DNA from: Dickeya dadantii NCPPB 898
GTDB lineage: Bacteria; Pseudomonadota; Gammaproteobacteria; Enterobacterales; Enterobacteriaceae
Direction: 5' to 3'
Length of the DNA stretch: 32,000 nt
NCBI RefSeq assembly: GCF_000406145.1
Contig: NZ_CM001976.1
Coordinates: forward strand, 375,776 to 407,775
Below, one piece after another: positions 21,966 through 31,097 of this stretch (the stretch's first letter is position 1; the number at the start of each line of letters is the position of its first letter). Under the pieces are notes generated by a model. It had not been told where the DNA came from, did not search any database, and was given only the letters and a program-made list of their open reading frames with translations. The position numbers and the translations under genes are program-made.

Positions 21966-23553
21966 GTTGCTGCGGGTCGAACAGTTGCGCGTAGTGGCGG
22001 GCGAGCACCCGCTGGTACAAGACATCAGCTTTACCCTCAATAAAGGCGAAGTGCTGGGGTTGATTGGCGAGTCCGGCGCGGGCAAGTCCACCATCGGCCA
22101 GGCGATTCTCGGCCACTGTCGTCACGGCATGCGTATCGAAAGCGGGCACATCTGGTTTCAGAACGGCGATAAACACAGCGATCTGGCCACGTTATCGGAG
22201 CGGCAGTTACGGCGGGTGCGCGGCGCGCGCATCGCGTATGTGGCGCAGTCCGCCAGCGCGTCGTTCAACCCGGCGCAGCGCATCGGCGAACAGGTGATTG
22301 AAACCGCGGTGCGCCACGGCGTGCTGTCGCGCCAGCAGGCCATCGCGCGGGCGATCGAACTGTTTGCGCAGCTGTCGCTGCCGGAACCGCAGGTCTTTTT
22401 CCAGCGCTATCCGCATCAGGTATCCGGCGGACAGTTGCAGCGGGCGATGATCGCGATGGCGATGTGCGCCGGCCCCGATCTGATCATTTTCGACGAACCG
22501 ACCACCGCGCTGGACGTGACTACCCAGCTCGGGGTGCTCAATGCCATCGATGAGATTATCCGCCTGACCGGCGTGGCGGCGCTGTATATCAGTCACGATC
22601 TGGCGGTGGTGGCGCAAATCAGTCACCGCATCATGGTGCTGCGTCACGGCCGTCAGGTGGAAATCGGCGACACGGCGTCGCTGCTGGCAAACCCTGGCGA
22701 AGCGTACACCCGCGCGTTGCTGCAGGCGCGCGGCGAACCCAAAGCGTCGCAACCGACGACCGACGACATCCTTCTGGATATCCGCCATCTCGGCGCGCGT
22801 TATCAGCAACAACCGGTATTGCAGGACGTGTCGCTGCAACTGGCGCGCGGACGCACGCTGGCGGTGATCGGCGAATCCGGCTCCGGCAAATCGACGCTCG
22901 GACGTACCCTGTGCGGGCTGCTGGCGCCGGCGGGCGGCGAGATTCGGTTAAATGGCGATGCGTTGCCGCCGCGACTGGCGCAACGTAACCGCGCCCAGTT
23001 GCAATCGATCCAGATGATTCACCAGCATCCGGACACCGCGCTCAACCCGCGCCTGCCGATCGGCGTGCAGATTGAACGGGCGATGGTGTGCCTGACCCAA
23101 CTGGACGCCGCCGCGCGCCGCGTACGCGTGAGCGACTTGCTGCATCAGGTCGGACTGCTGCCGGAAATGGCGCAGCGTTATCCCACCGCGCTGTCCGGCG
23201 GTCAAAAACAGCGGGTATGCATCGCCCGCGCGCTGGCGGCGCAGCCGTCGCTGATAGTCTGCGACGAACCGACATCGGCGCTGGACCCGCTGGTGGCGCG
23301 CGAGGTGCTCGCGCTGCTGCGTCAGATCCAGCAGGAAACCGGCGTCGCCTACCTGTTCATCACCCACGATTTACACGTGGTACGGGAAGTGGCCGACACC
23401 GTGGCGGTGCTGCGCCACGGTCGCATTGTCCGGCAGGGACCGGTGACCGAAACGCTGTCGCCGCCGCTGGACGACTACACGCAGCAACTGCTGCTGGCGG
23501 TGCCGGAAATGCGCTGCGGTTGGCTGCGGGACGTGATGGAGAAGGTGTGCTGA
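21958..23553 (+). CDS. ABC transporter ATP-binding protein, fused tandem ATPase (DppD/DppF-like halves)
   Basis: 531-aa ORF with two Walker A motifs (GESGAGKST, GESGSGKST), two signature motifs (VSGGQLQR, LSGGQKQR) and two Walker B motifs (IIFDEPT, IVCDEPT). Confidence 0.92.
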   Translation: MSELLRVEQLRVVAGEHPLVQDISFTLNKGEVLGLIGESGAGKSTIGQAILGHCRHGMRIESGHIWFQNGDKHSDLATLSERQLRRVRGARIAYVAQSASASFNPAQRIGEQVIETAVRHGVLSRQQAIARAIELFAQLSLPEPQVFFQRYPHQVSGGQLQRAMIAMAMCAGPDLIIFDEPTTALDVTTQLGVLNAIDEIIRLTGVAALYISHDLAVVAQISHRIMVLRHGRQVEIGDTASLLANPGEAYTRALLQARGEPKASQPTTDDILLDIRHLGARYQQQPVLQDVSLQLARGRTLAVIGESGSGKSTLGRTLCGLLAPAGGEIRLNGDALPPRLAQRNRAQLQSIQMIHQHPDTALNPRLPIGVQIERAMVCLTQLDAAARRVRVSDLLHQVGLLPEMAQRYPTALSGGQKQRVCIARALAAQPSLIVCDEPTSALDPLVAREVLALLRQIQQETGVAYLFITHDLHVVREVADTVAVLRHGRIVRQGPVTETLSPPLDDYTQQLLLAVPEMRCGWLRDVMEKVC

Positions 23554-23623
23554 CTGGCGTATGTTGCTAATCTTGTGTGATATTCGTGGCGGAAGCGAGC
23601 CATCAGGCTATTGGAGAAAAAAA

Positions 23624-23950
23624 GTGAAGGGATGGGTTTTATTGCTGGCGGGGTTGATGTCCGGTTCGGCATTTGCGGAAGTTAATTGCGAGAAACTTGA
23701 TAATAAGGCGTTTGATGAGGGTAAGGTTATCGACGTCGCTCAATCTGCTTATCAGGTTGGCGGTAAAGGCCGCCTCTATTTTTATTCTGCACCTGATGAT
23801 ACTTGCTTAAATAAACAACTGTTTATTGTTGTGGGCGATAAGGTCACTGTCTATCGGGAATGGAACGGGTTCTACGCGATAACCTACTACAATCCTGCGG
23901 GCGAACTGTTTGATGGTTGGGTAAAAGGCGACCGTTTGTCGGCAAACTGA
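23624..23950 (+). CDS. Small secreted protein of unknown function (signal peptide, two Cys)
   Basis: GTG 23624 with a GGAG RBS 7 nt upstream gives (M)KGWVLLLAGLMSGSAFA|EVNCEKL..., 108 aa. Visibly lower GC than its flanks. No family recognised. The ORF-track start at 23561 lacks a signal-peptide context. Confidence 0.55.
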   Translation: MKGWVLLLAGLMSGSAFAEVNCEKLDNKAFDEGKVIDVAQSAYQVGGKGRLYFYSAPDDTCLNKQLFIVVGDKVTVYREWNGFYAITYYNPAGELFDGWVKGDRLSAN

Positions 23951-23987
23951 CCCACCGTGTCTGATTGACTCTACTCCGCTTTGATTT

Positions 23988-24017
23988 CACCGGGCTTGCC
24001 GCTGGCGTAGCCCGGTG
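23988..24017. terminator. Hairpin between convergent genes (possible bidirectional terminator)
   Basis: Perfect 9-bp stem CACCGGGCT / AGCCCGGTG with a 12-nt loop. No clear U-tract on either strand. Confidence 0.3.
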
Positions 24018-24100
24018 CCTGGCATTAAAAATCCCAACCCTGGCTGTATTGATAGTCTGCCAATGCGCGCAGGTTTTTGATGCGGCGGCGCAGCGATGCC

Positions 24101-24835
24101 TTACCCCTGTGCCGGAAACGGCGGCAGTTGTCGAAAGGTGTTCAATAGCCCTTCCGACCAGGCTTTGCGAATGGCGACGAAGTAAGGGTCGTTTTCGGTG
24201 ATGCGGTGCTGTTCGCCGGCATCAAAGCTACCGGTGCGATAAATCATTACGTCCAGCGGCAGGCCGACCGACAGGTTGCTGCGCAGCGTGGAGTCGATGG
24301 AAATCAGCGCGCAGCACATTGCCTGTTCCAGCGAGGTGTCCGCCGTCAGTACCCGGTCGATAATCGGTTTGCCGTACTTGCTTTCGCCGATCTGAAAGTA
24401 GGGGGTATCGACGGTGGCTTCGATAAAGTTGCCTTCCGGGTAGATGTGGAACAGCCGCGGCGTTTCGTCGCCAATTTGCCCGCCCAACAGCAGGTTACAG
24501 CCGAAATTGGTGCTGCTGCCGTTTTGCTGGGCCTGACTGTCGCGGTGGATGACCTCGCGCACCGTTTCGCCCACCAGCGTGGCGGCGTCGTACAACGTGT
24601 CGACCTGCATCAGGTTCGGCGTGTGCTGAGCTTGTATGCGGGCGTTCAGCAGGCTGATGATGCTCTGGGTGGTGGCGAGATTGCCGGCGGACTGGAGCAC
24701 CAGCACCCGTTCGCCTTCCTGACGGAACACATGGAGCTTTCTGAAGGTTGCGATGTGGTCGACCCCCGCGTTGGTGCGGGAGTCGGAAGCGAAAACCAGC
24801 CCGTCAGACAGACGCATGGCCACACAGTAGGTCAT
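24101..24835 (-). CDS. Anbu (ancestral beta-subunit) proteasome homologue, Ntn-hydrolase T1 family
   Basis: 244-aa ORF starting MTYCVAMRLSDGLVFASDSRTNAG (Thr2 as the presumptive N-terminal nucleophile). It is the last gene of the ATP-grasp/alpha-E/transglutaminase/Anbu cassette. Confidence 0.85.
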   Translation of the reverse strand: MTYCVAMRLSDGLVFASDSRTNAGVDHIATFRKLHVFRQEGERVLVLQSAGNLATTQSIISLLNARIQAQHTPNLMQVDTLYDAATLVGETVREVIHRDSQAQQNGSSTNFGCNLLLGGQIGDETPRLFHIYPEGNFIEATVDTPYFQIGESKYGKPIIDRVLTADTSLEQAMCCALISIDSTLRSNLSVGLPLDVMIYRTGSFDAGEQHRITENDPYFVAIRKAWSEGLLNTFRQLPPFPAQG

Positions 24836-24864
24836 ACAACACCTTTTGAGTTAAACAGTGCCCA

Positions 24865-25686
24865 CTATTGCTGTTGTTGCACCTGCTGCTGTCGCTCAAA
24901 CAGGCTCACTTCAGCCTCGGAAAACATCTCTTCACAACCACCGCCAAGACGGCTGCCGCGCACCGGGCAGGCGTCCAGATAATCCATCCCTACCGCCAGC
25001 CGTAAGTGCTGATTGAGCAGACGGGTGTTGTTGGTGATGTCAAAGCTGTACCAGCGCTCATTCAGCCAGGCCTCGGCCCAGGCGTGCATCGCCACGTGCT
25101 CGGTATCCCGGCTGTAAACGTAGCCGCTGACGTAGCGCGCCGGAATGCGCAGGCTGCGACAGCAGGCCAGGAACACGTGGGTGTGATCCTGACACACCCC
25201 CTTGCCTTTGGCAAAAGCCGCCGATGCGGTGTCGTGCACCCGGGTGGCGCCGGGAGTATACGGCATTTTCAGCCGCAGTTCCGCCATCAGCGTTTCCAGG
25301 CTGCCCACCGGGTCAGTTTCACGGTAATAGCGCCGGGCGAACTCGCGGATTGGCTCGTCCGCCTCGGTCAGCTCGGTGCCGCGCAGGAACACCAGCGGCG
25401 ACAGCGACTCGTCGCTCTCCTCGGGCAGCTCTTCTACATTATCGGCGATTTCCACCACACCCTGAGCGTGGATCAGAATGTCGTGATGAGGGTGGTCCAG
25501 CGTCAGCACGTGCATCAGGTTGCCGTAGGCGTCGGTGGTGGCGACCGCCGAGGCCGGCAGCGTCAGCTTCCAGTCACTGATGCGCTGGCGGGCGGAATTC
25601 TGCGGCGTAAGCCGTAGGTACTGGGTGCTGAACTTCACTTCTTCATCGTAACGGTAGTGGGTCAGGTGATTGATGGTGAGTTTCAT
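24865..25686 (-). CDS. Transglutaminase-like cysteine protease with Bact_transglu_N domain
   Basis: 273-aa ORF with N-terminal MKLTINHLTHYRYDEEV and a Cys-His-Asp core (GKGVCQDHTHVF, MHAWAEAW, SFDITN). ATGA overlap with the upstream gene. Confidence 0.88.
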   Translation of the reverse strand: MKLTINHLTHYRYDEEVKFSTQYLRLTPQNSARQRISDWKLTLPASAVATTDAYGNLMHVLTLDHPHHDILIHAQGVVEIADNVEELPEESDESLSPLVFLRGTELTEADEPIREFARRYYRETDPVGSLETLMAELRLKMPYTPGATRVHDTASAAFAKGKGVCQDHTHVFLACCRSLRIPARYVSGYVYSRDTEHVAMHAWAEAWLNERWYSFDITNNTRLLNQHLRLAVGMDYLDACPVRGSRLGGGCEEMFSEAEVSLFERQQQVQQQQ

Positions 25687-26612
25687 AGCGCCTCCAGGTA
25701 GGTGTGGCGGATGCTGTCAGCCAGTTCGTTGATTTTAGTAAGGAAACGGTTGAGATAATTTTGCAGGTCGTCGGCCAGGACATCGTCGAGCGAGCCGAAG
25801 CGCAGTTCCACGTGCAGCAGATGGGCCAGCCGCTGCGGAATGCGCGCCCGTTCACTGCCGATCATCTCCAGTTGTTGCACCAGATCGCCCACGCAGGCGT
25901 GCAGCGAGCGCGGCACGTCGTTGCGCAGTACCAGCAGTTCGGTGACGGTTTCCCGGCTGATGGGCTGGCGATAAATGCTGTGGTAGGCCTCGCGGGCGCT
26001 CACCGCACGCAGCAGGGTATCGAGCCGGTAGTATTCACGCACCGGGTCTGGGTCGTTGTTGAGCTGTTGATCCTTGATCGTCAGCAGTTGCGCGGTAGCA
26101 AACGCCCGTTCGATCAGGGTGCCGATGCGGATAAAACACTGGGCGTCGTTGCGCAGCAACGTGCCGAACATGGCGCCGCGAAACAGGTGCGCGCGCTCTT
26201 TTACCCAGTCGAAGAACGCATCGATACCGATCTTGTCCACCCCGGACTGACGCAGGTTACGGATATCGATACGGGTGGTGTTGATGCATTCCCACACTTC
26301 GGACGACAGGCTGCCGCGTACCGCGTGGGCGTTGTTCCAGGCCATTTCGATACAACTGTAGATGCTGCTGGGGTTGTGGCTGTCCAGCGCAAAGAAGTTC
26401 AGCAGGTTGTTCATGGTGAAGCGGGCGTAGCGCTCCTGGAACAGCTCATGGGTGAACGTCAGATTGAGCGGCAGCGACAGATCGTGCTGCTGCTGGCTGT
26501 GGCGTGGCATCATCGACAGCTTGTAGGTGACGTCCAGCACGCGGGCAAAACTTTCCGCCCGTTCCAGATAACGGGCCATCCAGTACAGTTCGCTGGCGGT
26601 ACGGCTTAGCAT
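25683..26612 (-). CDS. Alpha-E domain protein (DUF403)
   Basis: 309-aa all-helical ORF starting MLSRTASELYWMARYLERAESFARVLDV, the characteristic alpha-E N-terminus. 7-nt overlap with the upstream ATP-grasp gene. Confidence 0.85.
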   Translation of the reverse strand: MLSRTASELYWMARYLERAESFARVLDVTYKLSMMPRHSQQQHDLSLPLNLTFTHELFQERYARFTMNNLLNFFALDSHNPSSIYSCIEMAWNNAHAVRGSLSSEVWECINTTRIDIRNLRQSGVDKIGIDAFFDWVKERAHLFRGAMFGTLLRNDAQCFIRIGTLIERAFATAQLLTIKDQQLNNDPDPVREYYRLDTLLRAVSAREAYHSIYRQPISRETVTELLVLRNDVPRSLHACVGDLVQQLEMIGSERARIPQRLAHLLHVELRFGSLDDVLADDLQNYLNRFLTKINELADSIRHTYLEAL

Positions 26613-28045
26613 GATTGGTCCTCCTCCATCACCCAGGTATCTTTGGTGCCGCCTCCTTGTGAGGAATTCACCACCAGCGAGCCTTCGGTCAGCGCTACGC
26701 GGGTCAGCCCGCCGGGCACCAGCCGGATCTCCTCGCCGTACAGCACGAACGGGCGCAGGTCGATGTGGCGCGGCGCCAGCCCTTCCTCGACGAATGTCGG
26801 GCAGGTGGAGAGCGCCAGCGTGTCCTGAGCGATGTAGTTGCCGGGGTTGGCCAGCAGCCGCTGGCGGAACTCATCGATTTGCTGGCGGGTGGATTTGGGG
26901 CCGACCAACATGCCGTAGCCGCCCGCGCCGTGCACCTCTTTCACCACCATGCTGTCCAGATGGGCCAGCACGTAGCCGAGATCGTCGGGTTTGCGGCACT
27001 GCCAGGTGGGGATGTTGCCGAGAATCGGCTCTTCGGACAGGTAAAAGCGGATCATCTCCGGCACGTAGGGGTAGATGGATTTGTCGTCCGCCACGCCGGT
27101 GCCGATGGCGTTCGCCAGCACCACGCCACCGGCGCGGTACACCGACAGCAGCCCCGGCACGCCGAGCATCGAATCGGCGCGGAATGCCAGCGGGTCGAGG
27201 AAGGCGTCGTCAAGACGGCGGTAGATCACGTCCACCCGGCACGGACCTTCGGTGGTGCGCATATACACCGCGCCCTCTTTTACAAACAAGTCGGCGCTTT
27301 CCACCAGTTCCACCCCCATTTGCTGGGCGAGGAAACTGTGTTCGAAATAGGCGCTGTTAAAGCGACCCGGCGTCATTACCACCACCGTCGGATCGTCGAC
27401 GTGGGTGCTTTCCCGCAGCGTCTGTAGCAGGTAGCTGGGGTAACGCTCCACCGGCGCGATGTGCTGGCTGGCGAACAGGTCCGGATAGAGCCGCATCATC
27501 ATCTTGCGGTTTTCCAGCATGTAGGACACGCCGGACGGCGTGCGCAAGTTGTCTTCCAGCACGTAATAGTGGCCGTCGCTGTTGCGCACCATATCGATGC
27601 CGGTGATGTGGGCGTAGATATTGTTGTGCAGGTCGACGCCCTGCATGCATGGCTGATACTGCTCGTTGGCGAGCACCTGTTCGCGCGGCACGATGCCGGC
27701 GTTGAGAATGTGTTGCTGATGGTAGATGTCGTAGAGAAAGGCGTTGAGGGCTTTGACCCGCTGGCGGATGCCGAGGTCGAGCATCCGCCATTCATGGGCC
27801 GGAATGATGCGCGGCACGCTGTCAAAAGGAATCAGGCGCTCGGTGCCGCCTTCTTCGCCATACACGTTAAAGGTAATCCCCACCCGGTGGAACAGCAGTT
27901 CCGCCTGTTCTTTCTTCTGGCGGATAGCGTGCTGGTCGGTTTGTTGCAACCATTGCCAGTAGGCGTCGTAGTGCTGGCGTTGCCCGCCTTCTGCGCTGAG
28001 CATCTCATCGTAGTAAGGCGCGGTCGGAAGCGTCATTTTTATCAT
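26606..28045 (-). CDS. Circularly permuted ATP-grasp type 2 protein (DUF404/DUF407)
   Basis: Family-typical N-terminus ...YYDEMLSAEGGQRQHYDAY... and body. Preferred start is ATG 28045 (AGGGGA RBS 5-6 nt upstream). The 67 extra N-terminal codons in the ORF track (to 28246) are low-complexity and cover the predicted promoter. Confidence 0.85.
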   Translation of the reverse strand: MIKMTLPTAPYYDEMLSAEGGQRQHYDAYWQWLQQTDQHAIRQKKEQAELLFHRVGITFNVYGEEGGTERLIPFDSVPRIIPAHEWRMLDLGIRQRVKALNAFLYDIYHQQHILNAGIVPREQVLANEQYQPCMQGVDLHNNIYAHITGIDMVRNSDGHYYVLEDNLRTPSGVSYMLENRKMMMRLYPDLFASQHIAPVERYPSYLLQTLRESTHVDDPTVVVMTPGRFNSAYFEHSFLAQQMGVELVESADLFVKEGAVYMRTTEGPCRVDVIYRRLDDAFLDPLAFRADSMLGVPGLLSVYRAGGVVLANAIGTGVADDKSIYPYVPEMIRFYLSEEPILGNIPTWQCRKPDDLGYVLAHLDSMVVKEVHGAGGYGMLVGPKSTRQQIDEFRQRLLANPGNYIAQDTLALSTCPTFVEEGLAPRHIDLRPFVLYGEEIRLVPGGLTRVALTEGSLVVNSSQGGGTKDTWVMEEDQSC

Positions 28046-28088
28046 TGTCGTCCCCTGCATTCCGCTTGATGGAAGATACAACGAAAAA

Positions 28089-28104
28089 TGCAGAAAGCAT
28101 GCCA
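28089..28104 (-). promoter_or_regulatory. Sigma54 (RpoN) -24/-12 promoter for the ATP-grasp/Anbu operon
   Basis: The minus strand reads TGGCAT-GCTTT-CTGCA versus the consensus TGGCAC-N5-TTGCA. The GG and GC doublets have the canonical spacing. It lies ~45 nt upstream of ATG 28045. Confidence 0.6.
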
Positions 28105-28146
28105 GCGTGGCAAATGAGGTGCTTATTGCTGACGGCGGAGAAAAAC

Positions 28147-28163
28147 TGCACTTCGCTGGTGCA
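28147..28163. promoter_or_regulatory. NtrC (GlnG)-type enhancer site
   Basis: TGCACTTCGCTGGTGCA is 17 bp long. Its arms match the NtrC consensus TGCACC-N4-TGGTGCA (compare glnAp2 TGCACCAACATGGTGCT, recalled). It lies ~40 bp upstream of the -24 element. Confidence 0.5.
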
Positions 28164-28354
28164 AATAACGACAAACGGTGCGCTACGGCGGGGTGATGCG
28201 GCGAAAATAACGATAGGGGATGGTGCGATAGCGGAGGAGTGTGCACGGGTTTGAGTCAACACTATCAAGTAATAGTGGAATAAAATAACGCGACAAAATG
28301 TTGCGTATCGCGATTTAATGTCTTAGCATGCTTGTAAGTCATAGCATGATGTCT

Positions 28355-28440
28355 GAGACCACAGAGACCACAGAGACCACAGAGACCACAGAGACCACAG
28401 AGACCACAGAGACCACAGAGACCACAGAGACCACAGAGAC
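28355..28440. repeat. Perfect 9-bp tandem repeat (GAGACCACA) x 9.6
   Basis: Counted directly: nine identical units plus GAGAC. It ends 23 nt before the antitoxin ATG. It lies in the divergent region between the Anbu operon and the TA pair. Confidence 0.97.
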
Positions 28441-28463
28441 GATTACATATAGGTATCAATAAT

Positions 28464-28700
28464 ATGGCTATCAGTATTCGATTGGATGAAGACTTTGTCA
28501 CCGAAGTAAAGGTGTATGCAGAAGCATCCAGCCGTAGTGTGCCCAAGCAGATAGAGCACTGGGCCAAAATCGGCAGGATTGCTGAGGATAATCCCGATCT
28601 GACATACGAATTTATTATGGAAACTTTGCTCGCCCGAAGCGAAGTAGAGAATGGTAAGGTTTCTCGTTATGTCCGAAGAACAAAACCAAGCAGAGATTGA
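28464..28700 (+). CDS. ParD-like antitoxin (type II TA)
   Basis: 78-aa ORF starting MAISIRLDEDFVTEVKVYAEASSRSVPKQIEHWAKIGR. Small size and a 32-nt overlap with a RelE/ParE-type gene downstream. Confidence 0.75.
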   Translation: MAISIRLDEDFVTEVKVYAEASSRSVPKQIEHWAKIGRIAEDNPDLTYEFIMETLLARSEVENGKVSRYVRRTKPSRD

Positions 28701-28998
28701 GGTTTATCAGACCAACCGGTTTGAAAAAGCACTGGACAAATTACCGCAACAGTTCAGAGCTGTAGTTGAAGATGAAATTGATGCGATTGTTGAAAACCCG
28801 GAGCTGGGTGAGCTAAAGAAAGGCGACTTGAGTTATTTAAGAGTTCATAAGTTCAAGCTGAACAACCAGTTAATGTTGCTGGGGTACAGCTGGAACCAAG
28901 ACCAGCTTATCATCCATCTGCTGAGTTTAGGTTCTCATGAAAACTTTTATCAGCAACAGAAAAAGATGAGAAAGTCAGATTTAAAACTCATCAGATAA
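28669..28998 (+). CDS. RelE/ParE-family toxin (type II TA)
   Basis: 109 aa from ATG 28669 (MSEEQNQAEIEVYQTNRFEKALDKLP...GDLSYLRVHKFKLNNQLMLLGYSW...IIHLLSLGSHENFY). Typical RelE/ParE size and C-terminal G-HEN-Y motif. Confidence 0.78.
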   Translation: MSEEQNQAEIEVYQTNRFEKALDKLPQQFRAVVEDEIDAIVENPELGELKKGDLSYLRVHKFKLNNQLMLLGYSWNQDQLIIHLLSLGSHENFYQQQKKMRKSDLKLIR

Positions 28999-29087
28999 AC
29001 GAAACCCCGGTATTAACCGGGGGTCGTCATTTAACCATAACGACATTCGCAATCCGTCGTTATTGCAACGCAGCCGGGTAACGGACC

Positions 29088-29474
29088 TTAGCCGCGAACC
29101 GCGATAGCTTCGATCTCGATTTTCACGTCTTTCGGCAGGCGAGCCACTTCCACGCAGGAGCGAGCCGGGAACGGCGCGTTGTGCTCGGTGAAGAAGGCTT
29201 CGTACGCGGCGTTAACCGTGGCGAAATCGTTCAGATCTTTCACGAACACCGTGGTTTTGACGATGTTGCCGACTTTCAGACCGGCCGCTTCCACGATGGC
29301 TTTCACGTTTGCCAGCGACTGACGGGCCTGTGCGGTGATGTCGTCCGGCACCAGACCGGTTTTCGGGTCCACCGGGATCTGGCCGGAGGTGAAGATCATG
29401 CTGCCCAGGTCAACACCCTGAACATAAGGGCCGATGGCGGCCGGAGCCTGTTCCGTACTGATAATGCGTGACAT
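29088..29474 (-). CDS. ridA: 2-iminobutanoate/2-iminopropanoate deaminase RidA (YjgF/TdcF family)
   Basis: 128-aa ORF starting MSRIISTEQAPAAIGPYVQGVDLGSMIFTSGQIPV... and ending ...ARSCVEVARLPKDVKIEIEAIA. Downstream of pyrBI as in E. coli. Confidence 0.95.
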   Translation of the reverse strand: MSRIISTEQAPAAIGPYVQGVDLGSMIFTSGQIPVDPKTGLVPDDITAQARQSLANVKAIVEAAGLKVGNIVKTTVFVKDLNDFATVNAAYEAFFTEHNAPFPARSCVEVARLPKDVKIEIEAIAVRG

Positions 29475-29587
29475 GTTTTCTCCTGATTATGTCTGAAATG
29501 ATGCGACTTCCGCATTATTCCAAAAAGCCCGCCGTCAGGCCAATGCCGCAATCCGATGGGCGGCGTTTTCCTGACGGCAACCGCGCA

Positions 29588-31004
<1,417 letters not shown>

Positions 31005-31063
31005 GTGGCTATGCTCCCCTCGGTTAGGCCCGGTAAACAAACGGTATGGCTGGCGGCGACAGG

Positions 31064-31097
31064 CAAAAAAAAGCCCCTCAACGAGGGGCTTTTTTTA
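31064..31097 (-). terminator. pyrBI attenuator (rho-independent terminator in the leader)
   Basis: The minus strand reads AAAAAAAGCCCCTCGTTGAGGGGCTTTTTTTT. It lies 60-90 nt upstream of the pyrB ATG, and the leader ORF stop sits inside the hairpin. Confidence 0.85.

Noticed and set aside
20817-22094. 425-aa ORF on the minus strand
   Set aside because: It is antisense to the two permease genes and the ATPase gene. The translation is an R/Q/H/P-rich low-complexity string with no family resemblance.
28108-28123. Plus-strand sigma54-like element TGGCAA-N5-GTGCT
   Set aside because: It points away from the Anbu operon and lies ~340 nt from the next plus-strand gene. The minus-strand element at 28089-28104 is a better match and is correctly placed.
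28355-28440. Possible CRISPR array, considered because a Cse1 homologue is in the window
   Set aside because: The units are 9 bp long and contiguous, with no spacers. This is a microsatellite/VNTR, not a repeat-spacer array. It is also 15 kb away from the cse1-like gene.
28265-28567. 100-aa ORF encoding (CGL)n
   Set aside because: The Cys-Gly-Leu run is simply the 9-bp tandem repeat read in one frame. The ORF also overlaps the antitoxin gene antisense and has no RBS context.
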